NCBI RefSeq assembly: GCF_018977255.1
Contig: NW_024704747.1
Location: 21,700,001 to 21,764,000 of the forward strand
DNA length: 64,000 bases
Origin: Callorhinchus milii
Lineage: Eukaryota
Direction: 5' to 3'
Positions 1-10,720 of this stretch are shown here, piece by piece (the stretch's first letter is position 1; each line of letters starts with the position of its first letter). The position numbers were made by a program, and so were the translations under genes. The notes beneath the pieces are model-generated. The model did not search any database, was not told the DNA's origin, and saw only the letters and a list, made by a program, of their open reading frames with translations.

Positions 1-14
1 AAGCTTTTTGATCC

Positions 15-190
15 CATGGGACATCACAACTGAGTCTGATCCTGTCCACAAAGAAACAGTTTCCAACTGTGGTCTCTGGATAGAGGGAAGAGGGAAACAT
101 GGATGACTTTTACTCCTTAATCCATGGGCACTAAATTTAATTGTGGTGTCCCACCTGTTCTCTGCTAACTAGACAATTCTGGTTGTCCTT
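15..190 (-). mobile_element. Old SINE fragment (family also seen at ~18230-18580 and ~25890-26260)
   Basis: Shares degenerate blocks (e.g. 'ca(c/t)a(a/g)c.gag....atcctgt') with the other copies; family not assigned. Confidence 0.45.
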
Positions 191-1224
191 GAAGACGTTT
201 TACGTTTGAAATTCCATCTACTCCCAAATCTTCATCTGTCAAACAATTTTGATTTAAAATTTGAACTACTGTTCTTTTTTAAGAGTATTGGAATACCAGC
301 TTCCAAAATAGGTCAAATTTAAGAATTCTCCACAATCTTGCATTTTATTACAATTTTAAGACCAGGTGGCATTTCAGGGCTCTTATTTCAGGGGAAGAAT
401 TGAAGGGCCCATGGTTCCTGTCCGATATTGTATTGCCATTAAAAGTCTGCTTAAAATTGTAATCTTTGTAAACAAAAATCTAGACAGTATAATTCTTGGA
501 CAATGAACAAACACGCATTAGAATTCATCATAGGTTAAACCTACCTCCTTGAGAATAAAAACTAGGCACTCAATGTTGGGTCCATTGTGTGGCCAGATGA
601 AATGTATTCACAGATTGCACAGCACTTATAAACATCAAACTAACCATATTCTTCCAACTACATGCTTAGTACAGCCTACTCAAATAAGTCTGTGATGAAT
701 AATACTGTACTTCATTAGAGGGACTGATATTTATAATCCAACTATAACATATTAATTAACATTGTGCAACTTCAAAATTCCCAGATTGCAAAAACACATC
801 TATGGAGCTGAGTTTTTACATAACCTTCAGTAGTTTTTAAAAAAAAATTCCCGTGACAACAAACAGGATAATGAATGCAAATCTTTTGTCCATCATCCAA
901 AAAAACTAAAAGTAGCAAAATTACTACTCAAATTTCCAAATATTCATGGCAAATGTCCAGGAGTCCACAGCAGTTCTTTGTCCAGGATGACTTTTCATTC
1001 TGAAGGTAGACTGCACCAACATGTTGTTTCTTCCCCCAAGCAAATAAGACTATCAAATAGAATATTCAGTCTTTTCCCCCCCTCAAATACAATCTCCTGT
1101 TAGGTTCATCCAGTATCAATATAATCTAACATCATGGTTAAAGCTCACTAGTTGACCAATCTGAGGATACTATTTTAGTTATAGCACAACATGAAAGGCA
1201 CTATATAAATGTACATTCCAATCA

Positions 1225-1321
1225 ATTCACTTCACACTATATTTTGTGAAGCGCTTTGAGATGTCTCGAAGACGTGATAAGGAGCTATATCAAACACAAG
1301 TATTATTATTATTATTATTAT
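1225..1321 (+). mobile_element. 3' tail of tRNA-derived/L2-tailed SINE
   Basis: gtgaagcgctttgagatgtc...gacgtgataa stem-loop followed by a (tta)n tail. Confidence 0.75.
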
Positions 1322-2871
1322 ACAGTACATACACGTGTAACATAGATAAATTTGTCTGGAAACCCGACTTCAAAAGAATTAAGGGGTCAAAAGCTAAGAG
1401 TTTCCAACAGCAGAAGTGTTTTTTTTCCAGAATAAGTGGACACTGCAAGAAAAGATTCCGAATTGCTCATCTTAAATTGTACTTGTCAGCTGAAGAACGT
1501 GTAAATTTCAACCTACTGTAGAGATGAGTGGCAGAGTGGCTCATGAAAGCAAAACTAACTTTAAACAGGAAGACTTCTTGCAGTTGCTTTCTGGATGTCA
1601 AATTCAACACAATCTGTCAGTTGGATGTGACTGAAAAACGGACCCAACGAAACTTCTCAAGGAGAGATGAGGGGGTGAGAGGGAAATGAAAGAGTAGCAA
1701 AGGGCATTTCTCAAGCAAAAACAGTATTAATGTACCAACCAGATTTCTAGCTTTTTAAAAAGTATATTTAGTAGTTAACATATATTGGGAATCTGTACTG
1801 GTAGCAAAAATGCTAGCATGGAAAATAATAATCTTTAGACATACCTACTTGAGAAACTCTAACTGTACTTCACTTGTTTAAATGCAATCATAGATCTTTT
1901 ACCTTTTGTATATTTTGCGTGTTAACCTACCCCAGCAGACAAAATACAAAAGTAGGAACAAGAATCATCAGTCATGTTCTTGCTTTAAACGTAGCTGGTA
2001 AATGGAATTGTTATATTCAGCCGGTCACCGTTTCAAACAACATAACCAACAAAATAATTTACGCACATTAAAGCAAAATCTATACTGCAGTATTTTGCCA
2101 TATTTTACCAATTTCTAAAATGTGTAAAATGAACAGTGGGATTCAGTGTGTAGCAGTACTGCAATAACAATGGCTACGTGCAATGTAAGCAGCAACCTGT
2201 GCTTCACTACGAGGTGAACAAGGAACAAAAGAATGAATACAACAGTGGATAATGGATGTGAAATCCCAGCCGTTTTGGCTCGCAAACCTAGAAGTCTTAA
2301 TCTTCTCAGCTTCTCTTCACTACAGTATCACATTCCAACATCGCTTTAGTCTTGTCTTCACTACAAATTATGAAGCTGAACATCTCAACATAGTCCTCCC
2401 TATAAACTTCTGAGCTGCCCACCCTATTGCACCGAATTAATATTTTAGGAGACGGAAACGGAAGAAGATTTTTCATTTAGGGTTTCTCCTTTAAAGAGGA
2501 AAATTAAATGGGAAAGGTCTATAAAATAGGCACAATTCCAAATTTTAAACATCCAGCAAACATAGCGAATTAATTGTGCAAACCAACTAATTTCTATTTT
2601 AAAAAGTGAATACAGTACATGGTCTTGAATATTAGAAGGGGAAGACATGTAATGGCATAAAACATAACAAATGGCAATGTACCTGTAATTTGTTCAAATC
2701 AATGCTACATCATGTAATGCTTTCCTACTCAGAAAGACTGAAGACAGCTGTTACACAATTTACTAAAGCAACTAAACCTGCTTTCATCAATCTTATTTGG
2801 TTTCTGATACAAGTTTCGAAATATTCGAACAACAGTTTCAGCTTTATGCACCTTTAAAGTACAATACCAAT

Positions 2872-3246
2872 ATAAATAATAAGAATCCTTGCATTTGATA
2901 TAGCGCCTTATCACGCCTTTGAGATCTCTCAAAGCGCTTCACAGTATCTACTGTAACGTGAATTAACTGTATATTTGTGGACGAAACGCGGCAGCCAATT
3001 GTGCACAGCAATGTCCCACAAACGGTCGTGGATTAAGTGACCAATTTTTTTTATTTAAGGAACTATTCCCCCCAGAAAAACGATCTGCCAATCGACTAAC
3101 AATCGGGTTCCTACTTACAGCTAGGTAAAGAGAGACGTGTGGAGTAAGTAAGGAAACTTGCCCAATGTTTCGCCCTACCTGGGAATCGAACCCAGGTCTC
3201 TCACTTGCGAGGCTAGTGCTCTAACCACTGAGCTACAGGACTCCAT
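2872..3246 (-). mobile_element. tRNA(Ala)-derived SINE, near full length
   Basis: Minus strand begins ggagtcctgtagctcagtggttagagcac (A box) with ggttcgattcc (B box) and ends in an L2-type stem-loop plus (tta)n; homologous to copies at 22.5, 35.7, 40.2 and 56.7 kb. Confidence 0.9.
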
Positions 3247-5299
3247 GCACTAATAGACTTGTTCATCTCCTTATTTATACAACCCGCATGCACTGGTAAA
3301 TTTGGAATAGATTTGATGAATCCCGTGCTTGTGCGGGCCTGGGTATTGTCCAGCAAGAGCAAATAACAATGCACGCAACATTAAAACAAAGGCTTATTTG
3401 TACATCAATGTCTGGAACATTAAATTTAATGGTCTGCATTTTAAACAAGTGTGTAATTCAGTATTCAATTAATACTGAAACTTTTATTAAAATGGGATAT
3501 AACCTCCCACTTAAGAGCAAATATTCTGAATATCACCCAAAAAAATCACAGAACAATAATAAAGAGCAGAAGGTTAGTTAAACTAAACTGGATTTTCTTT
3601 CCTATTCACACACCTTGGTAGAATTCAGCTTGGGATACAACAAAGCCCTATATATACTGAGCATTTTATAGCCAACCACTGTTAATTTTAAACATCGCCA
3701 AGGAACCGCCCAGGTTAGTTGATGGTAGCAGGGAAATAAACGGGAGCATTTATCTGACACTGAATTAGTTGAAAGATACAGTGTAAAACTAGAAATAAAC
3801 AGAAAGGAGATAATAGCCTAAAGTTATATTTCATCAAAACAATTTTAGAAGACCTTTTACATCTCTCATATATTCATTATGGAAGGCAGAAAGAACTCTG
3901 ATTACTTATTTGTCATGAATTCAGACATTTGAATCTGTGGCTGAAGTGGATGCTATACTTGTTTAAGTTGAGAAAGGCAAGGCTGTAATATTTCCTGCTA
4001 GTCTTGAACAGGTGCAAAGTAAAACTACAGGAAAATAAATAGATATTGCCATTTGAAATACAAAAATCTATGTTCTAGATAACAATTCCACAAAGAAATA
4101 ATCCAGATGTAATTGGGGCAACCCTGGTAATGCTCAACCACTGCTTCTTATTCAAAATTATATACATTTTTGATAATCAAATGTTGAGCTTGTTTCACTA
4201 AATTACTGTACAAGATTAAACACCACAATGCTAGGAAGGCAAACTATTCATTATATTAATACACTGCTTATAATGAAGATCAGATTTTTAAATTTTGTTT
4301 CAGAAATCCTGTAATAACATCACCGAAAAAATGCTGTATGTAAAACATGGTCTAGGCTAACCTAATGAACGCACAACCAATTTAAAAAATGTTATGGACG
4401 GGGAAATGCGTAGTTATTAAGGTAGCTAGTTCAGTTATAATTTAACCATGGGAAAGCTTCAAACAGGATTGGATTTTGTGGTAGTTAAGATTGCATGAAG
4501 CATTCCAAATTTGAAATATTACACTGAACCAAGATACAAATGGAAGGTCGGAACTGTCCTGCCTACCCACAAAGTAAGCAAATAAGTACAATACTTAAAC
4601 TACTCCCCGAATAGATCCTATTTTAAAAGCTAACCAGATTGTCGCTTTCTTCACAGTTGGGCCACCATCTCCTGAGGACTTGTAGAGAGAGGGTAGGCAT
4701 GGAAACCTAACATTCAGTATGCAGCTGGCTTGTCCTGAGAGCAAAGGCTAAGTGACAATGCATTTCTTTCTCTTTCCACCTCCACCAGATTAAAAATGTC
4801 TGTTAATAAACCAAACAATAAAGAACAGCCTGTTCTAACTGATCACAGCAATACATGCTGTACCTACAACAGAATGAAGACTTAAGTCTGGCCAAATTTA
4901 CAAACTTTTTAAAAGATACTAGATGGCAGCCAAGGTTAATTATTCTATTGCAAATAAGACAACTTTCCATCGCAGGATATAAGAAAGGAAAGTGCGTAAA
5001 TTAAAGGTTAGAAGGAATACTCAATATTAATCTCTGGGGCAGTCAATTAGTTTCCTTGTCAAAAAATTAACAGAGTAGTTGTCAGAGTGATCTATTAAAA
5101 CTGCTAGAGGGAATGAACAAACTGTGTCACTGATGTAGACACCGAAGGCGTACACCTATACGTGATCTGCAAAAACTTATAATGGCCAGCCTTCCTGAAG
5201 GTGTAAATGAACTCACGCAGGCAAACTGCTGGAGACTAAACTAAAGAATATTAGTGAAAACATCAAAATGTATGGCCTAATTGATATCTAGGATTTATA

Positions 5300-5462
5300 A
5301 AGTACAGGTCATGTGTGACCAATTTGATTTTGTTTTAGATTATTGAGCCCCAATACAGAAAGTATGTCAAAGGAATGGAGAGGGTGCAGCATAGACTCAC
5401 TAATTATTAGACAATTAAGGGGGAAATTAGATGTCTGTTTTTACACAAAGATTAATAGGACA
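5300..5462 (+). mobile_element. Decayed CR1-type LINE fragment (end of ORF2)
   Basis: atggagagggtgcagcatagactcac encodes an MERVQ.R-like C-terminal CR1 motif. Confidence 0.45.
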
Positions 5463-6035
5463 TGCCTTTCTTATTCATCACCATCATTGCCGAGTTCTTC
5501 ACAACTTCAATAAGAAATTACTCAGGAATAGACAGATGTATATCGTGAAATGTATTCTCTCCCACCCAATTCCTTTGATCCAATCAATACATTAAATTTT
5601 ATTGCCATTTAGTTCTGGGCCAGTATGTCTTGCATTATTGTTTAAGATTTAAACTGGCTGACTGAATGTTTAAAATGTATAGCCATTAAATATAATGTTA
5701 AAAAAAATACTGATGAAGACAAAATCTGAAAATCAAGCACTCAATTGCTAGGAGAAATCCACAAATTTTTCAAACTGCAGACTTTATGTAATAAGGCACT
5801 AAAATATTTATTTGAAAAAGAATGTTCAAAACTAAAAGAAAATGCTCGTCAGAAGAAGACAATTGATATACTGGTCAAGTCTTCGATGCAGTAAGAACAT
5901 AACAGCAAATACCAAAGGGTTCAATGTTGAATGCTTCGAAACAAATATGTATTCAGGAAATGGACACCAAATCCCTGTTGAACATTCATGGGACTCGCAG
6001 TTCTAGAATGAATTCCAATTCATTAGGACTTGACT

Positions 6036-6479
6036 TTATTCAAGTCTGATCAGTTCACAATTGCCTTTTACGCTGAAATTGTATGGATTGATTAGCTAAC
6101 ACGATTAGACATCAAAGCATTATAAATAACAAACTTATAGAACTCTGAACTTTCTGCAATTGCTCTATTGTTCTTTGTACAGTTCCTTGAACATAAGGAA
6201 TAATAGAATACACGCAGTTCCTCAGCTATCCTGATCACTGAAACCAATACTTTTTCCCAAATCTACTGTGAGTCTAAATAAGAAGTTACGTTAAACATAC
6301 ACCAAAGCCGTACACAAGGGCACAGAATGACTAAAGATACAATCAAAATCTAGAACTATTCAACGAGTACATAAAACTGCCAGAAATCCAGTCCCACACA
6401 TCTTAACCAGATTTCTAGCATCCATTCTAGCATAAAATGCTACACTAAATGTACTTTCATTTAAACTACTGAATCTTGT
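6036..6479 (-). pseudogene. Decayed intronless ORF fragment, tentatively hantavirid nucleoprotein-like (N0)
   Basis: Manual translation: ..FYARMDARNLVKMCGTGFLAVLCTR*.. / ..IWEKVLVSVIRIAEELRVFYYSLCSRNCTKNNRAIAESSEFYKF.. / ..GNCELIRLE*; motif order resembles recalled hantavirus N; by-eye comparison only. Confidence 0.4.
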
Positions 6480-6565
6480 ACAATCAAACATAAAATGTTA
6501 ACAAATCATGAAGTACTTTGTTTTTAAAATATAAATGTTTTGTTTAATGGAGATTATCCCTATGT

Positions 6566-7130
6566 TTATTCAAGTCTGTCTGGATTTCCATCTCCTGGGA
6601 CGAGAAGGCCATGTTCCTTTGGAGCAGCCACAAGGTTATAGGACCACCAAAGCTGTGCATCCTTGATCTAGTTTCACCCTAGTGGTTCATGTGTATTTCT
6701 GTGTGCAAATATTCCAGAGAACGCCTCCAACAAAGCTCTAAAAAAAGGGAACTTCCTGATCAGTAATTTTCTGATGCGCTGATTGTACTGCACTGCCTTG
6801 ATAGCCCCAACACCTCTGATGTAACTTATATCATCATCCTTCTTTGGTGTAGACCTCCTAGCAACAAATTATGGAAATGCTGCAAATCCAAGGTACTCAT
6901 TTTAAGTAGAATGTTGAAAATATTAAATCACAATTAAGTCCATCTGTATAATCAAATGAAGCCCAGCTGGCATCATTTAAAATATTCCAAGCATTACGTT
7001 TTGCAGATTTATTAAAGTAATGTTTTGTAATCGATTCTGGAAAGATGTTAACACTCCAGTTAGTACTACACTGTTGCCAGAGAGACGACATAATTATGTA
7101 GACAGAAAGAAACAAAATAAATGGGAGGAA
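6566..7130 (-). pseudogene. Decayed intronless ORF fragment N1, candidate viral nucleoprotein EVE
   Basis: KDDDISYIRGVGAIKAVQYNQRIRKLLIRKFPFFRALLEAFSGIFAHRNTHEPLG*N*IKDAQLWWSYNLVAAPKEHGLLVPGDGNPDRLE*; 6707-6841 aligns codon by codon with 8294-8429; upstream limit uncertain. Confidence 0.55.
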
Positions 7131-7590
7131 ATAAACTTGGGAGAACATCTTGGAACAGTTTTTAAGTTTATAACTATACATTCATTTCAGGATTTATTTT
7201 GTTTTAACTTCCTCCACTTTTGCTAATACAAATAATTGTGGATTAACCATACATTTTAGGAGAAAAATTAGAGGGCAGAATTTAATGCCAAATAATACAC
7301 TGCAAAAACCTCCATATGCTTGTTCACTTTCTCTTTATGGTTTAAAAGATGACTACAATTTATTTATTTGTGCACTTGATTGAAGTATTGAACCTGGAAT
7401 GAGAGAAAATCCTACAGATTTTTTACAAACTACTTCACATGCAGCTGATGAAATCTTTGAGTCAAATCTCTCAGAAAGGGAATTCTGTAATGCACAGATT
7501 GGCAGGTCAGTCAATTTTCAAACAAAAAGTTAATTAAAAAATTGTGGAAAACATTAACATTGAGGCGTGTACATGCAAGGGAAGTGTATG

Positions 7591-7618
7591 GCGGGGAGGG
7601 GGGGGGGGGGGGGGGGAG
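7591..7618 (+). repeat. Poly-G run
   Basis: Direct reading. Confidence 0.95.
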
Positions 7619-7714
7619 GCTAAATGTGCACAATAACATTGAATGTGGTTTTGCAATAATTTTTCTTGCTGGTCGAAATTTATTTTTCTGGTCAGCCGAG
7701 TGTCTTGATATATG

Positions 7715-8242
7715 TAGAAACCCACCACTATGCTTAAGGCAACAATAAAAGTATTTGAACCAGGCAGAATCCCACATATGTATGCCACATGGAAATTTCC
7801 ATGTTTGGAAAGGAACGCAGACTCTATCCCTGGAGGGATTCTCTCTGATTATTTAATTCCAGAGAGTATTAGGCGCAGGTTGGCAAAAGCCAAAGCTTGA
7901 GAACCCCAGAGTTTGTGGTGGAATGCTGAAGTTTAACCAGCTAAAACCACAAAATTCAATTGAACGCACCGTCAAGCTTTCCACTGCTTCTGCAGCTTTG
8001 CACCATCCTACCCATTAAGGCTTTGGCTTGCAGGGTGAACAGGAGCTGAATGGGAAGAGTGTTTGATCCCAGTGACTGGGCTGCCGCTTCAAGTCCTGCC
8101 GATGAGCCATCCTGGCTACTCTGTCATCAACAGTGCCATGGGTAATGGAGACTTGCTTGGCTCAGTTACCTCCCCTCTCCCCAAAAGAGGATTGTGTCAA
8201 AATCGTAAACTCCTGACCTACAAATTGAGTCACCCTGGATTA
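7715..8242 (+). pseudogene. Decayed intronless ORF fragment C1, candidate toti-like capsid EVE
   Basis: HHYA..YLNQAE..ESIRRRLA..PSYPLRLWLAG*TGAEWEECLIPVTGLPLQVLPMSHPG; inverted homologue of ~9045-9570. Confidence 0.55.
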
Positions 8243-8249
8243 CATGGCC

Positions 8250-8878
8250 TTTGAAGAATTGCATGTTTTTAAGGGGCTGACAGTAAGGCCACAAAATATT
8301 CCAGAGAATGCCTCTAAGAAAGGTCTAAAAAAAGGGAACTTTCTGATCAATATTTTTCTGACGTGCTGATTAGATTGTACTGCCCTCGATGGCCGCAACA
8401 CCTCCAATGTAATTTATGTCAACATCCTTGATTGAACTTGCCTGCAGAAGCAATGGGATTAAGTAAACTCTCTAACACTGACGGTGCTGAATGGAATCTT
8501 TCTCGGGCCCTGGGCAGGCTGAACACTCAATATTGCTTTCTCATAGTTGGCTTGTAGATCGTGCCACATAGGCATCATCTGCAGTCAGATAATGGTTATG
8601 ACTCATGACATGGAAATAGCTACTCGACTTTAAATTAACGTACGAGTATTGTTTCGATATTGCTGCCAATGCTGCGGATTCCAACTTGCAGCGTTAAGGT
8701 GACACAGGCGTGCAGAGCTGCTTAGAGCTGAATCATCTCAGCAGCATCTTGGAATCTAAATGTGACATGAGTTCGTTATCAGGAATTCGAGATCAAGCAC
8801 AGAAGTTCGTTCAGCTCTATCAATCCCGAAAACGACATACCACTTGCTCACCAATTGCCCAACGTCTTCAATGATTTT
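8250..8878 (-). pseudogene. Decayed intronless ORF fragment N2, candidate viral nucleoprotein EVE
   Basis: With frameshifts: FQDAAEMIQL*AALHACVTLTLQVGIRSIGSNIETILVR*FKVE..WHDLQANYEKAILSVQPAQGPRK..KDVDINYIGGVAAIE/AVQSNQHVRKILIRKFPFFRPFLEAFSGIF; homologous to N1. Confidence 0.55.
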
Positions 8879-9044
8879 TTTCTTCAATGATTTTTTTTGA
8901 AAAAACTAAAGCTAGAAGAATACTCCTTTAAAATGAATACTACATTTGCAATAATAAAATTGCTGTTCCTCAATATTACTATCACAAGGTTGTGTCATCA
9001 GAAAAGTACTGGTAGGTCTTCGCCACATCCATTAAATCCTTTAA

Positions 9045-9775
9045 GCAGAACTGGCTCCAAGGTGACTTGCTCGGCAACAGAATATCAGAATCAAGCCCTT
9101 TGTGGCAGTCTCGGTAGTCTGGTTCCTGAGCCAGGTGGGTCCACAGTATTCTAGGGCACCGCGGAGCCAGCCCGGCTCATTTGCAGAACCTGGAAAGGCA
9201 GACCAGTCACTGGGGGCAGGGAGTCTTCCCACTCAGCTCCTGTTAACCTTACAAGCCAAAGCCCTAATGGGTAGGATGGTCCTATCTGGACGAGCGGCAC
9301 GAAATCTTGCCAGACAGAAATATTAATGGCAAGCTGTGCAGTTTTTAGCTGGTTAAGACTCCAGCAGTACCCCAAACCACATTGGGGGGTCCCCAAGCCT
9401 CGCCTATTGCCAACCTGCGCCTAATACTTTCCAGAGTTAGGTAAGCAGGGTGTGTCCCTCCAGGGAGAAAGCGCACGTTCCATCCCAACAATCTATCTCT
9501 GGGATTTCCATGTGTAGGTGGGAGGGTGGACATCTCAGCTTGGTTTGGATACTCTGAAGCATAGTGATGTCAATACATGAAAGTTTCATGAGCGGTGAGG
9601 AACAGTATATAAAGGTACACTGGTGTATCACAAAATGCTACATCACCAATCATCGTAGTTGCCACAATGTTGGCACATGCTCGGCTCAATACACAAGCTG
9701 AATATAGATCGCTGAGTAAGACAGACTGCTTACTGAATGTTAATCATCAATAGTCTGCAAAGGTTCTACAAGATA
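9045..9775 (-). pseudogene. Decayed intronless ORF fragment C2, candidate toti-like capsid EVE
   Basis: About 200 codons (9151-9775) readable with one internal stop and ~2 frameshifts: ..LLSDLYSACVLSRACANIVATTMIGDVAFCDTPVYLYILFLTAHETFMY*HHYASEYPNQAEMSTLPPTHGNPRDRLLGWNVRFLPGGTHPAYLTLESIRRRLAIGEAWGPPNVVWGTAG/..PLVQIGPSYPLGLWLVRLTGAEWEDSLPPVTGLPFQVLQMS. Confidence 0.6.
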
Positions 9776-9964
9776 ACATTCGGGGACAAACAAAAATAAT
9801 AAGGATTGTGTTTTTTTTATTAATTGAGAGGACAACATTTTTTGCTTAAAACTACAAATGCAAAGCTGTTACATAGCATTATAAATATTTTGCACAAGGT
9901 ATAACTTAACTATGATTAGGTCTGTTCATATCCTTCTTAAGGTTACTCTGAGAAAGACTACAGC

Positions 9965-10720
9965 TTGAAGCTTCATCCACCTCACCAAGCCAGTCAGGAA
10001 CCCGGGCTTCTTGTTCGACCCTCAACTGTCCTTTCTCCCCCAAATCCATGGAATGACCCGCTCTGCCTTCCCCCACCTCCACAACATTGCCCGACTCTGC
10101 CACTGCTTTACCCCTCAGGCCACCGAAATCCTCATACACGCATTTGTCACCTCAAGGCTCAACTATGGGAACTCCCTCCTTGTCAGCCTCCCCAACTCTT
10201 CGCTCCACAAGCTGCAGATCATCCAGAACTCTGGAGCGTGTGTCCTCTCCACACGAGGCTCCGTGTCCCTATCGCACCCACCCTCGCTCGGCTCCCCTGG
10301 CTCCCCATCCCTCAGAGGATAGAATTCAAAATCCTCGTCCACACTTTCAGGGCCCTCCATGGCCTTACCCCCTTCTAGATCTCTGACCTGCTGACCCCCG
10401 ATCAACCTACCCGCTCACTCCGTTCAGCAGGCTCCAGTCCGCTCCATGTCTCCCACCCGACTTGCCCTACCATCGGCGGTCAGGCTTTCAGCCTCTCTTC
10501 GGAACGCCATCCCACAATCCATTCGCCTTGCTCCCTCCCTTGCCTCCTTCAAGGCACGACTCAAGACCCTCCTTTTCGACCGTGCCTTTAGCCGCCCTGC
10601 CCTCTCTTATCCCAACCCAGCCCCCCCACACATCCCGTCCTGATCCCCGACTGTTCAGTGCCTTGGGACATCCTGCCGACCTGAAAGATGCTTTACAAAT
10701 GTACTTTTGTTGCTGTTTAT
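9965..10720 (+). mobile_element. 5'-truncated L2 LINE (C-terminal ORF2 and 3' tail)
   Basis: HAFVTSRLNYGNSLL, LQIIQNS, WLPIPQRIEFKIL motifs; stem-loop and (ttg) tail. Confidence 0.92.

Noticed and set aside
7715-9570. Reading the inverted pair as DNA-transposon TIRs
   Set aside because: No sharp termini or TSD, differences are codon-structured, and the frame continues beyond the shared part; disfavoured but not excluded
6036-9775. Alternative identities considered (filovirus NP/VP35/VP40, phlebovirus N, bornavirus N, TiLV NP)
   Set aside because: Only isolated short word matches without collinear motif order
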